Assembly: GCA_020137815.1 (NCBI GenBank)
Contig: CM035356.1
Coordinates: 124,001 to 188,000 of the forward strand
Direction: 5' to 3'
From: Hormiphora californensis
Lineage: Eukaryota; Animalia; Ctenophora
Length of the DNA stretch: 64,000 bases
The notes below the pieces were generated by a model that saw nothing but the letters and a program-made list of their open reading frames with translations, searched no databases and had not been told where the DNA came from. This document shows positions 1 to 21,770 of this stretch, piece after piece. Both the position numbers and the translations under genes were made by a program. Numbering within the stretch: position 1 is the stretch's first letter; every line of letters starts with the position of its first letter.

Positions 1-1528
1 GTGAATCTGCACCGGTGTACCCCGCTCCCGCAGCCGTTTCCTCATTCTTGCCATATTAGCGAGAGCTCAAGAAGCCTAGCGACCGCCAGTGTGAGGGATT
101 GGTTCAGTGGTACCCTATTCAATAACTATAGGGCATTGCATGGTCCTACCAACGGCCTGTCTACAACGGCCCCCACCGCCCCCTTATACATGCCTGTCTC
201 ACCCTCCCTACCATTTCCCCTTCCTTCTCTTCTTTTTTGGCTAACCCTCCCTACAATTTCCTTTTCCGTTTCATTTCTTTTTCTTTCTTCTTCTTTTCTC
301 TATTTCTACTTTCTTCTTTCTTCTCATTTCTTCTTTCCCTCAACTCTCCCTGCTTTTCCCTTTACTTCTTCCCCTCATCCTCACTATTTGAAACCGCTTT
401 CCACTTGGAGGCAGTGATGAATTCCTCGCAACAAGGTTTTTTTTTTTTTTTGGTTTTTGGAAAAAAAATTCAGTATTATTATATGCTGGACTATAACACA
501 TCCAGGTCCTCGTGTTTCCATCAGCATCCTTCTAATTTCACTCAATACCCCGTCTCAACTCTCAAGATGATCTGAGTACCCAATTAAAAAGAGGTATGTG
601 TGGTATGGGGCAGTAAGCAGCACACTGTCACCCGAATAGGACTGATTGACTCCCAATTAGAAATTGCATCTGGAATCATGATTCCAATTGAAATCTCTAA
701 TTGATTAATCAGTAATTCAATCACTGCTCAACGCACATATCCAAGCGATTGCATCTTTCTTTGGTTTAGGTTTAGTTCGTGTGCACTGCTTTTCCGAGAT
801 TTCTAGCTTACAATTGCTATAGTTTTTGACAATACTGCTGTATTGAACCCACTGATCTCAGCACCATTCTTTGTTCATCAATAGAGCTTCAGCTAGTGAT
901 CATTAAGCTTTTCAGACTGCCCTGCCCACTCAGTGTCGCTAGCTCAATTGATCACATTCCCACCGTATAGTGGTCCACCTGCTTCATCCTAGCCTCATGA
1001 CTCATCTGAGTTTTTAAATGCAAATGCAATGGGACACTATGATTCATAGCATGAAACAAAACGAAGACCGCAAACGATGATCATGTAAACTGCAACGCTT
1101 TTTGGGTATAGTTATTCGGACGTCTCTCCACTTTTTCTCTTGTCGATTGCTTTCGGAAAGTTTTATGAAATGTTCCGACCACTTTTCTGACAACATTTCT
1201 CGATAGTGGGTTCAATATAGGCGCGGCGCTACTGTTTTAAAAGCGCGTTCGTCTATTTGCGCGTCCCTTTTGATCCCCAGAGATCACTAACGTGACGTCA
1301 TTTGCAAATGGCTCCTGACCCTGTTCTGCACGCGGAGCGCGCGAGAACTGTGGTCAGAGCATTGGCCTGACAGAAGCCATCAGTTAGGAAGGAATTAATC
1401 CAGCACACTCCCGTAGTTTGTTTTCACACAACTATCACCGTTTTTGCGTGACAGCTCGCCAACCGACCCACAGAATATATGGGACACCCTGTAGTTAGTA
1501 CTAATAGTAGTTACCACACAACACTCAC

Positions 1529-10551
<9,023 letters not shown>

Positions 10552-11122
10552 TTTATGGTTTCATTTGGATTTTTAATGACATCTCCACAAATTTTCGACA
10601 AAAAACAAAAAGTGCGAAGAAATTTTTAACCTCCGAATCGTGATGTTTTAGCGCGCGACATTTCACTTTGCGCGCGGCATCATCACGCAGTTGTTTAATA
10701 AAAACTCCGCGCCTATTGTCGAAAACCAAAATTTGACATTTGTCTATTTTACTGTGAGCGTGACTGGGTGTGATGTCGTAATGGATGGGAAAAGGAACCT
10801 GAGTCCGACCGCGACCCCCAACTAAAGATTAACACGGTATATTGAATTCAACCAAATGAAAGGTAAAAAGTCACAATATATTTTACAATTCATCCATACA
10901 CGTAAACAGTTTAACACACATATTGATAACATTTGTCGTTGTACGATCAATAGCCGTAGAAAAAAGGGCGGGACCAGGATCGGCCTTAGAAAAAAAGAAA
11001 CCAAAATCGAGTGTTCTGATACAAAAACTGCAAATTTTGCCATTTTAATGTCATTGTTAGAGTCGGTAAGAATCACCCCAAAGAGAGTTCCACTCTGTAA
11101 AACCTGCTTCATCATCAGGTGG

Positions 11123-12581
11123 CTATGAGCGGCACTTTGGAATTGAAATCCCGCCACAACTGATAGAAAGGATCACCCAGAAAATAGCCTGAAAAAGAAA
11201 AATGAAATGAAAACAAAATCTGGGCAAGATCATCAGATAGACTTCTAGTGATCGATCACTACAAGTCTAGATCCCCTATCAATGTATCTCTAACCCCTCT
11301 CCCACATACAAGATTGCAACTTACAAATCCAATGGCTCCGATCATGAGATACATTTTGATATTCTTCCAAAACATAGCTCTCCTTAACTCCCTACTTTGT
11401 CTCTGGAACTGAGTGCTCTGGTTGGTTAGATCCTCTGTCTTGTCCACCAGCAACTCAATCCTCTCCCCTCGCGAAGTCAGGGAATCTAAACAGATTGAGA
11501 GGCCGAGACTAGTATGTATCGATTTTTTATGAAAAATTACCTAAAAAGTCTAGAATTGTTCATACTTTCTTTTGTTATGTTCTTTTATAGTCTGATTTTA
11601 AATAACTGTCGTTTTCTTAGAGTTTTCATATTACTTAAATTGACCATTATAAGTCCGGTTCCTGATGAGATAGAGACTTGACATTTGGAGGTTACGAAGA
11701 TCTTGTTAAGTTCTTCCGAACCTCTAAATTTCAAGTCTCTATCTTATCAGTAACCGGAGATATGACGAATTTTGTTATTTTTGAGAAACGACAGTTATTT
11801 AAAATCCGACTATACATTTGCTCGCGAAAATAGAGTCGAGCTGGGCAAACTTTCTTTATATTCTAAAAATCAAATCAAAAACTTACCAATATTTTTCACC
11901 ATGATTTGTTTTAGATCATCGATCTCATTTTGTACTTGACGGACAGTTGAACCCTCGGGATTTTCCACATAGTACCTCTGAAGAAAACAAAAATTAGAAT
12001 ATCAACAGCCCGACACTTGCACTATGGGACTTTATATTTAATCTTCAAACATCAGAAAAGTTGAAGTAACCTTCCGAATGGTGACCTCGAAACTACCGAC
12101 ACAGCTCCACTGGTTCTCCCCATTTTTAGTAGCAGGGGGCTCAGCAATTTCACATCGCATTTCAGCAGTAGCAGCAGTGGGTGATCTTTTTAGGGGTTGT
12201 CGAGCGCTCATAATGATATAACAGGCTATATGATTTTGTAGGTTGTGAGCTAGGTAGCGGGCTATACAATAAAACAGGGGGATACCTTTCTATACGTGAT
12301 AGACACCTCTCCTACCAATTGCCAGGATCCCGTGAATGGACCCGTCATAACACACAATAAGGTTACAACTACCCTGAACTAGGTATCTCCAAATGATTTC
12401 CTATTACATATCGAGTAAAATAGTAAGTACAATATCACAAGTAGTACAAAGACAAAAGTGTATGCAGCAGTTGGAATTTGTGTAGACAATGTACAAGAGA
12501 TGAATTAAGGAGAAAAGTAAATGGGGCACCACTACCAGCCCTCCAACCAACTATAACAAGAGAGCTTCAAATAGACCCAGG

Positions 12582-12644
<63 letters not shown>

Positions 12645-15600
12645 GATAGAGAGATAGAGAGAGAGAGATAGAGAGAGTGAGAGAGAGAGAGAGAGATAGA
12701 GAGAGACGGGGAGAAATAATGATATATAGAAAAGAGAGGGCTGGCCAATGCAGTGATGGTACTCAGCACGATTAGGACATACAACTACAACAGGCAGAGA
12801 CAGAGAGCCTTGTAATGTTTAGGAGGCCAAGAGATTAAAAAACGAACGTATTTGGAGGAGAATGGGAGATAGCATTATCAGTTGGTGATGAGATCCCCTA
12901 TTCGCGGGCTTCGTTTGCCGCGCTTCGCGCGGCCCTAGTGTAGGGGTGGCCGCGTCACCAACATTATCAGTTATTGTCGTGAGGTGAGCCGGTGGTTAAT
13001 TAGGGAAGGGATGTTTAGATGATCAGCAGTCACTTGATTCAGAAGAGTCGTTTTACGTAACTACAACCACTGCTTATAAAAGGATGCGAAACCAGGGTAT
13101 GAGATTGTAAGTTACTGTGCTGAACAAGGAAAGCCATTACACAGACTCAATATATTGCTATGGCAACCCTCCCTATACGGAAACAGATGGGAGTGAAATT
13201 GGTACTCGTGATCTACAGCTAAGTCTAATATGGTGTAGACTGGTAGACACTGCATCTGTAGTACTGGTTGATACCAGTTACACAGACGTAGATCAGTAAA
13301 ATTACACACATCACTACACAACGCACTATTATAGCACCAGCTCCCACTCCTGCTTTTTAATTTATGATAACATGAATGAAGGGCAGCTTTTGGTTGTACT
13401 AACCACTTGATTTTGGAGCACTTTTGAGAAGTCACTGTCCATAGCATAGGGGAGAGCTGTGGCAGCGGCACCACCATATTGCCTTTGGAACCTGGGTAGG
13501 GAATTAAATACAGTGTTAAAAAAGGTAGATAGTATTGCTTTTGACTGTTGACATGGAAGTAATAAAAAGTGGGAAGAAGAAGTAAAACTTCAGTTAACCC
13601 TTTGGGACCGATAGTGGCGCCATCGACAGAAATATCTGAAAATTGCTGGAGACACTCCTAACAAGCCTACTTGAAAGCAGAACCAAAAAACTCGTCTCTA
13701 CGAACTTTGTTTCTGTGGGGTCACCAGTGACCCTATCGGTCTCAAATGGAATGCAAACAATTGAGATTTCGTAGCTATTTTGCCTCATAACTCGAAAACC
13801 GCTCATCTTAGACCCTATGTTTCTTCATCAAGGGGGTTGTGTATAATACACTTTCTCCGACACGGGACTCAAGCACGGGGGTGCAGGTAGCCTACAGAAG
13901 GCGGGTGTGACAGTGATTTCTTTTTGTGTGCATGAAAATGCAGAATCGGTTAGGGACCGTTCCCTCCTCCCAATGGCTTGTTGACAAAGCCCTAACCAAG
14001 CCAGCGGAGGGGGATTAAGAGCTCAAACGGGCATACGATGGTGTGGTATGACTTTAGGTGAAAGTGAAGTGTCTTGTCCAAGTGGAAATCCGGGTTCCTT
14101 ATGTACTGCGGAAGGGGTCTTAATCCCCCTCCGCTGGCTTGGTTAGGGCTTTGTCAACAAGCCATTGGGAGGAGGGAACGGTCCCTAACCGATTCTGCAT
14201 TTTCATGCACACAAAAAGAAATCACTGTCACACCCGCCTTCTGTAGGCTACCTGCACCCCCGTGCTTGAGTCCCGTGTCGGAGAAAGTGTATTATACACA
14301 ACCCCCTTGATGATTATTAAGCCCGGCGGCCCCCGTGGACTCTCAGGGGTAGCCTAATTGGACTCCCTTGTTCTGGAATAGATTGTTCAAGCCTACCTGG
14401 ATCTAAGCCCTGGCTCTGGAGCCTGTGGATGTAGGCTCTACAGTTGGAGATGTGTGACCGAAACTTGATGTGATGCTTTGAAAATAACTGACTTCTAATT
14501 GGGTACCCCCGCAAAGTTATTTGTCACAAACTATCCCGAAATTGTCCGAAACTATCCGATTTCCTGTTTCCTGTTCTCCTATTGGATGCTGAAGGAACCA
14601 ATGAGAGCGCGCCACCCGGTGCCCTCCTATTGGCTAACAAGACCCCTTCCGCAGTACATAAGGAACCCGGATTTCCACTTGGACAAGACACTTCACTTTC
14701 ACCTAAAGTCATACCACACCATCGTATGCCCGTTTGAGCTCTTAATCCCCCTCCGCTGGCTTGGTTAGGGCTTTGTCAACAAGCCATTGGGAGGAGGGAA
14801 CGGTCCCTAACCGATTCTGCATTTTCATGCACACAAAAAGAAATCACTGTCACACCCGCCTTCTGTAGGCTACCTGCACCCCCGTGCTTGAGTCCCGTGT
14901 CGGAGAAAGTGTATTATACACAACCCCCTTGATGATTATTAAGCCCGGCGGCCCCCGTGGACTCTCAGGGGTAGCCTAATTGGACTCCCTTGTTCTGGAA
15001 TAGACTGTTCAAGCCTACCTGGATCTAAGCCCTGGCTCTGGAGCCTGTGGATGTAGGCTCTACAGTTGGAGATGTGTGACCGGAACTTGATGTGATGCTT
15101 TGAAAATGACTGACTTCTAATTGGGTACCCCCGCAAAGTTATTTGTCACAAACTATCCCGAAATTGTCCGAAACTATCCGATTTCCTGTTTCCTGTTCTC
15201 CTATTGGATGCTGAAGGAACCAATGAGAACGCGCCACCCGGTGCCCTCCTATTGGCTAACAAGACCCCTTCCGCAGTACATAAGGAACCCGGATTTCCAC
15301 TCGGACAAGACACTTCACTTTCACCTAAAGTCATACCACACCATCGTATGCCCGTTTGAGCTCTTAATCCCCCTCCGCTGGCTTGGTTAGGGCTTTGTCA
15401 ACAAGCCATTGGGAGGAGGGAACGGTCCCTAACCGATTCTGCATTTTCATGCACACAAAAAGAAATCACTGTCACACCCGCCTTCTGTAGGCTACCTGCA
15501 CCCCCGTGCTTGAGTCCCGTGTCGGAGAAAGTGTATTATACACAACCCCCTTGATGCCTATGTTTCTTCATAACACTTATATAAACCCGGCCATTCTGCA

Positions 15601-18600
15601 CATTTTACACACCCTATGGACCTCTGTATCTCATCTGTAGCCGATGATTTTCAGCGACTCTCTAAGATGTATAGATAACACTGAGGGAGTCGGTTAGTCG
15701 CTAGCACCCGTTTGAAAAATGCCGTTTTGGACCTTTATCGGTGGCCAATCCTTTAGAAATGCACGTAAAATCCAAATTTCTATATTAGCGTTAGGGGACG
15801 ATAGGGTCACTGGTGACCCCGGCATTATTTGCCCTCTGAGCGTTGTAAATTTGATCAAATCATCACGAAACTTCATACCGGGGTAAAACCTATGGTTTTC
15901 TTTTGATTTGTAGGTCCATTATTGGCTTACTTATACCGTTTTAGAGATATGGCCAACTTTACACCAAAATTTCAACTTTTATGGCTTAGAGTTGGCATTT
16001 CTAGTAAACTAAGATGTTCAAAGCTTAAAATGACCCCAAAAACAGCCAAAAAGTGTCTATTCTAACCCGGAAAACCATTTAAACTTCTTAGATTTAGTTC
16101 GGACAGACGCTAGATGCATAATTAGCGTGGGGTCACTGGTGACCCTATCGGTCTCAAAGGGTTAAAGCATGTCAAAGTATCACTGAACTTCTATTCCCCA
16201 GTATCTGTGGTTCTCCAATTATACCATGCCCTCAAAACCTATAGCATGCCCACCACTCCGGGCAGGCAGGCCCTTCAGAAGAATGAGAAGGTTTAGAACA
16301 TGAAACATGCTGCCAGACCGAACCCAAGGAACCGAGATTAACCCTGCGACACCACCATCCAAGACCAACTACAACCTAACAGCACCGTCCCCACTAAACC
16401 TCCAACCCCAACTACCACCGCCTATCACCAAGAGATCCGGAACAGCGAAAGACCGAGACCCCCACTAAGATAGTAATTAGTAAACGTGGACACTCGCCAG
16501 AAACCGAGACTCAGATCAAACTCATCAGCCTGACACCGTTTCGGGGCTTTAATTCGGTACGCGTACACAAGGTACTTAGTCAGGCAACCTCGATAATCTG
16601 AGACCACCGTTCGATCTAAACCCAGTTGCCCGGAATGAATGTGTCGACTGGCGGTGGTAGTTGGGGTCCCTCTGCACTGCCTCCCCCTTTGACAGGTTTA
16701 TGACAATAAAGGTATACCCATCCAAACACACACTCCACTGCGAGGGCGAGTCTCAACCACTTCACTGACTCCACTACTCCACATTCCTGTACTCCCTGCT
16801 CACTGAGCAGCCTCTCTCCCCGTATCCTTCACCAGCTTCCTAAGACTCCTCCCTCTAAATCCTAGAAGCTGCTCTAGTCAGACTATCCACTACCTGCCCT
16901 CGAGCCCCAACCTCTACAGCCATATTAAAACACCTCCACCCAATATCCATTAGCCTCACACTCCCTCTCAAGGTCCGTGTATCGCTCAATCTTGAGAGTA
17001 TGGGCATCCCCTATTCTCTCTTCTGCAGGGCAAGTGAGCTCCCACCAGATCACCGGCTTTACCTCTCGCGAGAAGACAACAAGATCAGGCCTTAGCCCTT
17101 AACCTGGTCTGGGCGATCTCCGTCGGGAACTTGAGCTGACTTCTGATGTCAATTGTCAAAGAGGACAACCCAGACCTTAGCGCCTGACAGGATCCCACAC
17201 CCACTAACCCTCTTCTTCCCCTTCTTACCCTCTGCAACGAACTCGATACTCCGTGACAAAATGACAAACTGTTCGTCTGTACTGCAGACTTGAATTGTTC
17301 ATACGGTGACAGTGTCAAGCGACTCAACTGCTGGCAGACGTGACCAATGCACTGCGCGCTCATGGTGCCTATTCCGTGTACTGCGCGTCAACCCCGCGCC
17401 AACACCTCACATTAGAGAGAGATGTCGACCGCGCGTTACGTGGACGACTGTGTTCCTGGAACACCGTGTGTAAATCAATGCTGTCTGATTTTCAGGAACT
17501 CACAATTATTACACGCAATACAAGGGGTTACATTTTGGGATTCTAGGAAGCTGATTACTCGCACCTTTGCATGATATCATTCAGGAACGCAAACGCTTTT
17601 GATCTTGGAAAATCCTGAAAAAGGTGGATAGATATTAGAAAAAGTTAACGCTTTTACAGCGAATTTTTTCCCCGCCCGGTGAATGCCGAAGGCATTCACC
17701 CGGATGCCTTTTGTAAAAAGGCATAGGGGTTTAGAATTCGACAATTTTATTTTACATACTAGTGAAGTGTCACGCTTTTTTGTAACGTAACCCGCTCAGT
17801 TGCGAGGGACAACGATGTTGCTCCTTCATCAAATACTTCAATGGCACGTTTTCAGGAAATGTGAGCCGCGCAATGTGGCGCGCAATTTAGTGCTACTAAA
17901 ACACAATGATTTGTTCTATACGGTTTGACTGATTCATAGATGATCGGAAATGCCTGTCCAGCCTTCCCATTAGATGGTTATGAAAATAAAGGTTGGTGGG
18001 GAAACATAGCATTATGAAACATAATGCAGTTATTCTTGTTCTTCAGAAGAAACTAGCTCCTATAACAGTTGAAAGGTCACTGACCTCATCGGTTATACAC
18101 AGATAAGTTATCATATCAGAAGCGATGTAGTGGAACAGGTATTTATCGTGGGTGTAAGTTAACTTTCCATCTCTATCTACTTTTCTCAGAATCTCATTCA
18201 TCACCTTGTGGGGAGGAGGGTCAGGTGGGGAGGAGGGTCAGGTGGGGAGGAGGGTCAGGTGGGGAGGAGGGTTAGGTGGGGAGGAGGGTCAGGTGGGGAG
18301 GAGGGTGAGATGGGGAGGAGGGTCAGGTGGGGAGGAGGGTCAGGTGGGGAGGAGGGTCAGGTGGGGAGGAGGGTCAGGTGGGGAGGAGGGTCAGGTGGGG
18401 AGGAGGGTTAGGTGGGGAGGAGGGTCAGGTGGGGAGGAGGGTCAGGTGGGGAGGAGGGTGAGGTGGGGAGGAGGGTGAGGTGGGGAGGAGGGTGAGGTGG
18501 GGAGGAGGGTCAGGTGGGGAGGAGGGTCAGGTGGGGAGGAGGGTCAGGTGGGGAGGAGGGTCAGGTGGGGAGGAGGGTCAGGTGGGGAGGAGGGTCAGGT

Positions 18601-18926
18601 GGGGAGGAGGGTCAGGTGGGGAGGAGGGTCAGGTGGGGAGGAGGGTCATCGGATGAGATTTGTGAAATATAGAAGTGAGCAGCATGTAAATAACTAAAAT
18701 GATAAACACTATCTCTCACAATGTACAAATCAATAACAGATCTGTAGTTCAAAACAGAACACTGAGTAGCTGACAACACTCTATTTAATGTGTAAATAGA
18801 GACTACTAAATTATAATAGAGACTACTAAATTAGAATGTACGCACCTCATCAAAGTTTCCAGCGTACTGTGCATATTTTGTAAGGATCGTTGTTTTCCGT
18901 GCTACCACTGTGTAATAAATTGACAT
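11123..18926 (-). CDS. VAMP7: Vesicle-associated membrane protein 7 (longin R-SNARE), 7 exons
   Basis: Exons 18926-18846 (MSIYYTVVARKTTILTKYAQYAGNFDE), ~18204-18085 (KLTYTHDKYLFHYI..YLCITDE), ~17614-17565 (DFPRSKAFAFLNDI), ~13491-13404 (TALPYAMDSDFSKVL), ~11976-11887, 11485-11325 (RGERIELLVDKTEDL..FWKNIK), ~11188-11123 (..CGGISIPKCRS*). Confidence 0.95.
11588..11812. mobile_element. MITE family with AGTCGGATTT termini (related copies ~39530-39755, ~49553-49706, partial ~34663-34694)
   Basis: Shared inverted ends AGTC(G/T)GATTTT..AACTGTC / GACAGTT..AAAATCCGACT and a shared internal segment (GATAGAGACTTGA..TTCAAGTCTCTATCT) in the first two copies. Confidence 0.8.
12882..12961. mobile_element. 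Mutator-like MITE (related: 49821-49990, 19178-19291, 41057-41132)
   Basis: TTGG...CCAA ends, each copy with a perfect 9-bp TSD: CATTATCAG, TTTTCATCT, CCTTTTAGT, GGTTAGCGG. Confidence 0.85.
13598..16161. mobile_element. Non-autonomous piggyBac-like element in VAMP7 intron
   Basis: TTAA on both sides; TIR CCCTTTG(G/A)GACCGATAG; internal GGGTCACYRGTGACCC repeats. Confidence 0.9.
13826..15556 (+). mobile_element. Nested non-coding insert: inverted 5' arm plus ~2.3 tandem 622-bp units (Penelope pseudo-LTR-like architecture)
   Basis: 12-bp TSD CCTATGTTTCTT (13814-13825, 15557-15568); both outward ends are CCCCTTGATG; period 622 with about 5 substitutions between copies. Confidence 0.75.
16200..17300 (-). 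pseudogene. 5'-truncated, decayed RLE non-LTR retrotransposon (HERO-like) with 3' UTR; boundaries approximate
   Basis: Minus-strand peptides IEFVAEG..GILSGA.W; QLKFPTEIAQT.LRPDLVVFS..ELTCPAEERIGDAHTLKIERY..VEVGARG, with frameshifts. Confidence 0.8.
17664..18040 (+). mobile_element. Helentron-associated (HINE/DINE-1-like) element; other copies 22684-23129, 33346-34001, 3' end ~34530-34582, fragment ~25600-25640
   Basis: 5' TTTTTTCCC(T)GCC plus palindrome CCGGGTGAATGCCGAAGGCATTCACCCGG; 3' GG(C/T)(A/G)GGGAAA plus hairpin GCATTATG..CATAATGC then TCTTGTT; GTCC microsatellite in the 33.3-kb copy. Confidence 0.75.
18208..18648. repeat. 17-bp G-rich minisatellite (GGTGGGGAGGAGGGTCA)n, ~26 units
   Basis: Read directly; abuts the VAMP7 exon-2 acceptor. 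Confidence 0.95.
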
Positions 18927-19543
18927 GGCCCCTATAATCTGAGAGAAGGGTTAGAAATCATTAACAGACATGACGTGTTAGTATTTAGTGTAACGGCACT
19001 GTTAGCACCAGACCGATACTAACAAATTGTGTGTGTAACACTGCTTTCATGACCAGGCAAGGAGAGGACAAAACCGAAACCTCACTGGATGCCGTGCATT
19101 ATGTATTGCTATGCAGCAGTGTGGACGAGTAATATACCAATCTTTTTGTGTCTGGTCCCCTTGAGTTGCCTTTTAGTTTGGTAACGCAATTACCCCTACT
19201 GCCTACATTGCGGGCACGCTGAAACGTGCCTTACTATCGCAATGCCCTATGTAGGGCCTTCTACAGAGTAGAGGGGTAATTTCGTTACCAACCTTTTAGT
19301 TGGTTATATAAAGGGTTATAAAAAGGTGGTGGTAAAGGGGGACAATGACGGAGAATTTTCCCATGAGAGGCTTACACTGAAAACTTCTCTTGTATTTGTT
19401 CGGGGGCCCTCACTTGCTGTAATGTATATTGTTGTCTCCTCCTACTGAGTAGTATAATCAGTGGTATAATGTAACGATTCACTCTTCTTCCCCTGTTCAG
19501 TGAACTAGGTCACCATCCACTAAAACAAACTCCCCGATATAAG

Positions 19544-21238
19544 ATGTCAGAGAAGGGGAAACTAGTGTCGAATGGGGAACAGGAGCATAGCTACGGGAGC
19601 AGTGAGACTGGAGAGGAAACGAAAAAATTAGAAGATGTCTACGAAAAAATCGGTGAGAGTTTGGATGCTATGTGTGATATTATAATTATTATATTCCCTT
19701 CAAACTATAAAATTTCCCCAATCTAGGTGTTGGTCCAGCTCAGTACTTGTATTGGACATGTCTCAGTGTCATTACCTACTTTGATTTTTCTGAAATGGTT
19801 GTTATAGCAACTATAGTCCCCATTCTGAGGTGTGAATGGCAACTTGATATTGTATGGGAGACGATGATTAATGTTAGTTCATTCTTTTTCAGTGCCATAG
19901 GTACGTGTTAGAGTGGTGGGCAGGTACGGGTTAGCTTGTGTCATGTACTTCGCGACAGTTGTAGCCGGCTACTTCCGTGATGACACTAACAATGTTTCCC
20001 CTATATTTTACCTAATCAATGAACTGTCAGTTCTACCAGCTACCTCCCCCACCTTACTAATAAAGTTAACACTTTCAGCAGGTGCAATTCTTGGAAAACT
20101 GCCCGATATTTATGGTCGACGATTTATCCTCCTTATCTTCCTAGTATCTCTCTTCATCACAACTTGTGCGTCAGCAGTGGCCCAGACTAAATTACAATTC
20201 CTCATCACCAGGTGTCTTGTGGGTGTCTGTATGGGGGTAACATTCCCTACCGCCATCACATTCAGTACGGAGATTGTTCGTAGTAAGAACAGGGAAATCG
20301 GACCAAGCTGTATTACAGCAGTATGTAACCTGAGTGTGTTTGGGTGTGCTGTTCTTGCGTGGCTTCTCCTCAAAAAAATCGGCTGGAGATGGTTTATCGT
20401 CCTCAACGCCATTCCTCTAATCCCGTGTGCTTTATTTTTGTTCTTCCTTCCCGAGAGTCCGAGATACTTGGTTACGAGTGGCCAGGGTGCAGCCACTGCA
20501 TTAACTTGGATGGCAGCCAGAAATGGTGTCACCCTTGCCCCAGCTGACACCTCGGTGACAATCCATCAGGAGGCCCAACTAGGAGCCTGGTCAGATGTTC
20601 TCAGTGAAAAGTTTCGGAAGGAAACCATCCTATTATCAGCCATATTCTTTGGAAACCTCCTCATTCTCTTTGGTTTGATAGTCTTTGTCCCTCTAGCACT
20701 TTATTCTGGGTTCTGTGGGGGTGACCAGGAGGCCCCAGTTCACAAGTGTGAGGAGGTAGACCAGGGATCACTTCTTCGGTTGGCCCTCATAACCTCCGGA
20801 GCAGTTTTCTCTACATTTGCAGCATACATCGCTGCAGTAACACTCGGTAGGAAGGTTTCATTAAGGATTTTCTCAACTGGAGGATTCATCTCAACAATCT
20901 TCCTCTATCGATGCTTCTCCAAGATATTCACAGTTGTCGTGTTTTTTGTTATTAAGTTTCTACAAACCTCCCACAACGTTATTTCCCTTATCATTGTTCC
21001 GGAGTACTACCCAACGGCGTTCCGAAACGCAGCGATTGGGTTTATCAACAGTTGGGGTAAGTTAGGAGGGGTAATAGGTGCAGGACTTGTATATGTGCTG
21101 TTCTATATTAGCCCGTATTTAGTGGTCGGCATGTTTTCATCTGCTGCTCTGTTGGTCATGGCCTGTTCGTGGATCTGGGATAAAGAAACGAAGGACACGA
21201 AAATGAGTGACGTAATTGAAGAGCAGCAAATATCTTGA
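19544..21238 (+). CDS. MFS transporter, SV2/SVOP-like; exons 19544-19652, 19727-19900, 20082-21238
   Basis: GxLPDxYGRR, PESPRYL, PEYYPTAFR, DKETK motifs and ~12 hydrophobic segments; phase-1 GT-AG introns; CAGCAG acceptor at 20076-20081. Confidence 0.92.
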
Positions 21239-21626
21239 GACTGCAGCTTTAACGGAAAATAAAAAGAATCAAACTTTTTGAATTCGGATAATTTTAATTT
21301 TATTCTATCACATTTGAATGTTTGATACCATAAATTATGATTTACAAATACAAACACGTGTGTTTGTATTTGTACAGTACTCCAGGGAAATTGTATTGCC
21401 CTGTCGAGTTCTCCTGAGGACCCACTCCCCACAAACCACAGTAAATTAGAATTTCGGTATAAAATAGCTAACCTGTAGCCCTGCAACAGGTCCGGTCGCA
21501 GGTTCACTGTCTACTCTGGCTTTCGGGATTGCACACCACCAAAACATTTTTCAAAAAGAAAAATAAACATTTTACCAAATTGATTATTGACCAAACCAAA
21601 GCGTGAAAAACTGAAAAATTGGCCTA

Positions 21627-21770
21627 TAGTGGAAGCTCTTACGGTGTTCCCACGACCGTGGGAAAAGAGAGATATATAGAAATACTAAGAGAGAGAAATT
21701 TCTCTCTCTTAGTATTTCTATCTATCTCTCTTTTCCCACGGTCGTGGGAATACCGTAAGAGCTTCCACTA
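21627..21770. repeat. Near-perfect 144-bp palindrome (MITE-like); same terminus recurs inverted at ~24835-24863
   Basis: TAGTGGAAGCTCTTACGG...CCGTAAGAGCTTCCACTA with almost no spacer. Confidence 0.85.

Noticed and set aside
1-575. Hydrophobic ORFs at the window start
   Set aside because: Products of a pyrimidine-rich low-complexity tract.
944-978. Last FBXO8 exon (GGPLYGGNVIN*)
   Set aside because: Phase fits, but similarity to the expected C-terminus and the acceptor are both weak.
14120-14200. Twister or hammerhead ribozyme in the 622-bp unit
   Set aside because: Twister pseudoknot pairings could not be formed, and no CUGANGA core was found on either strand.
16520-16550. Canonical hammerhead in the HERO 3' UTR
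   Set aside because: GAAAC..GTC..CTGATGA leaves only 3 nt for stem I, and stem II does not pair.
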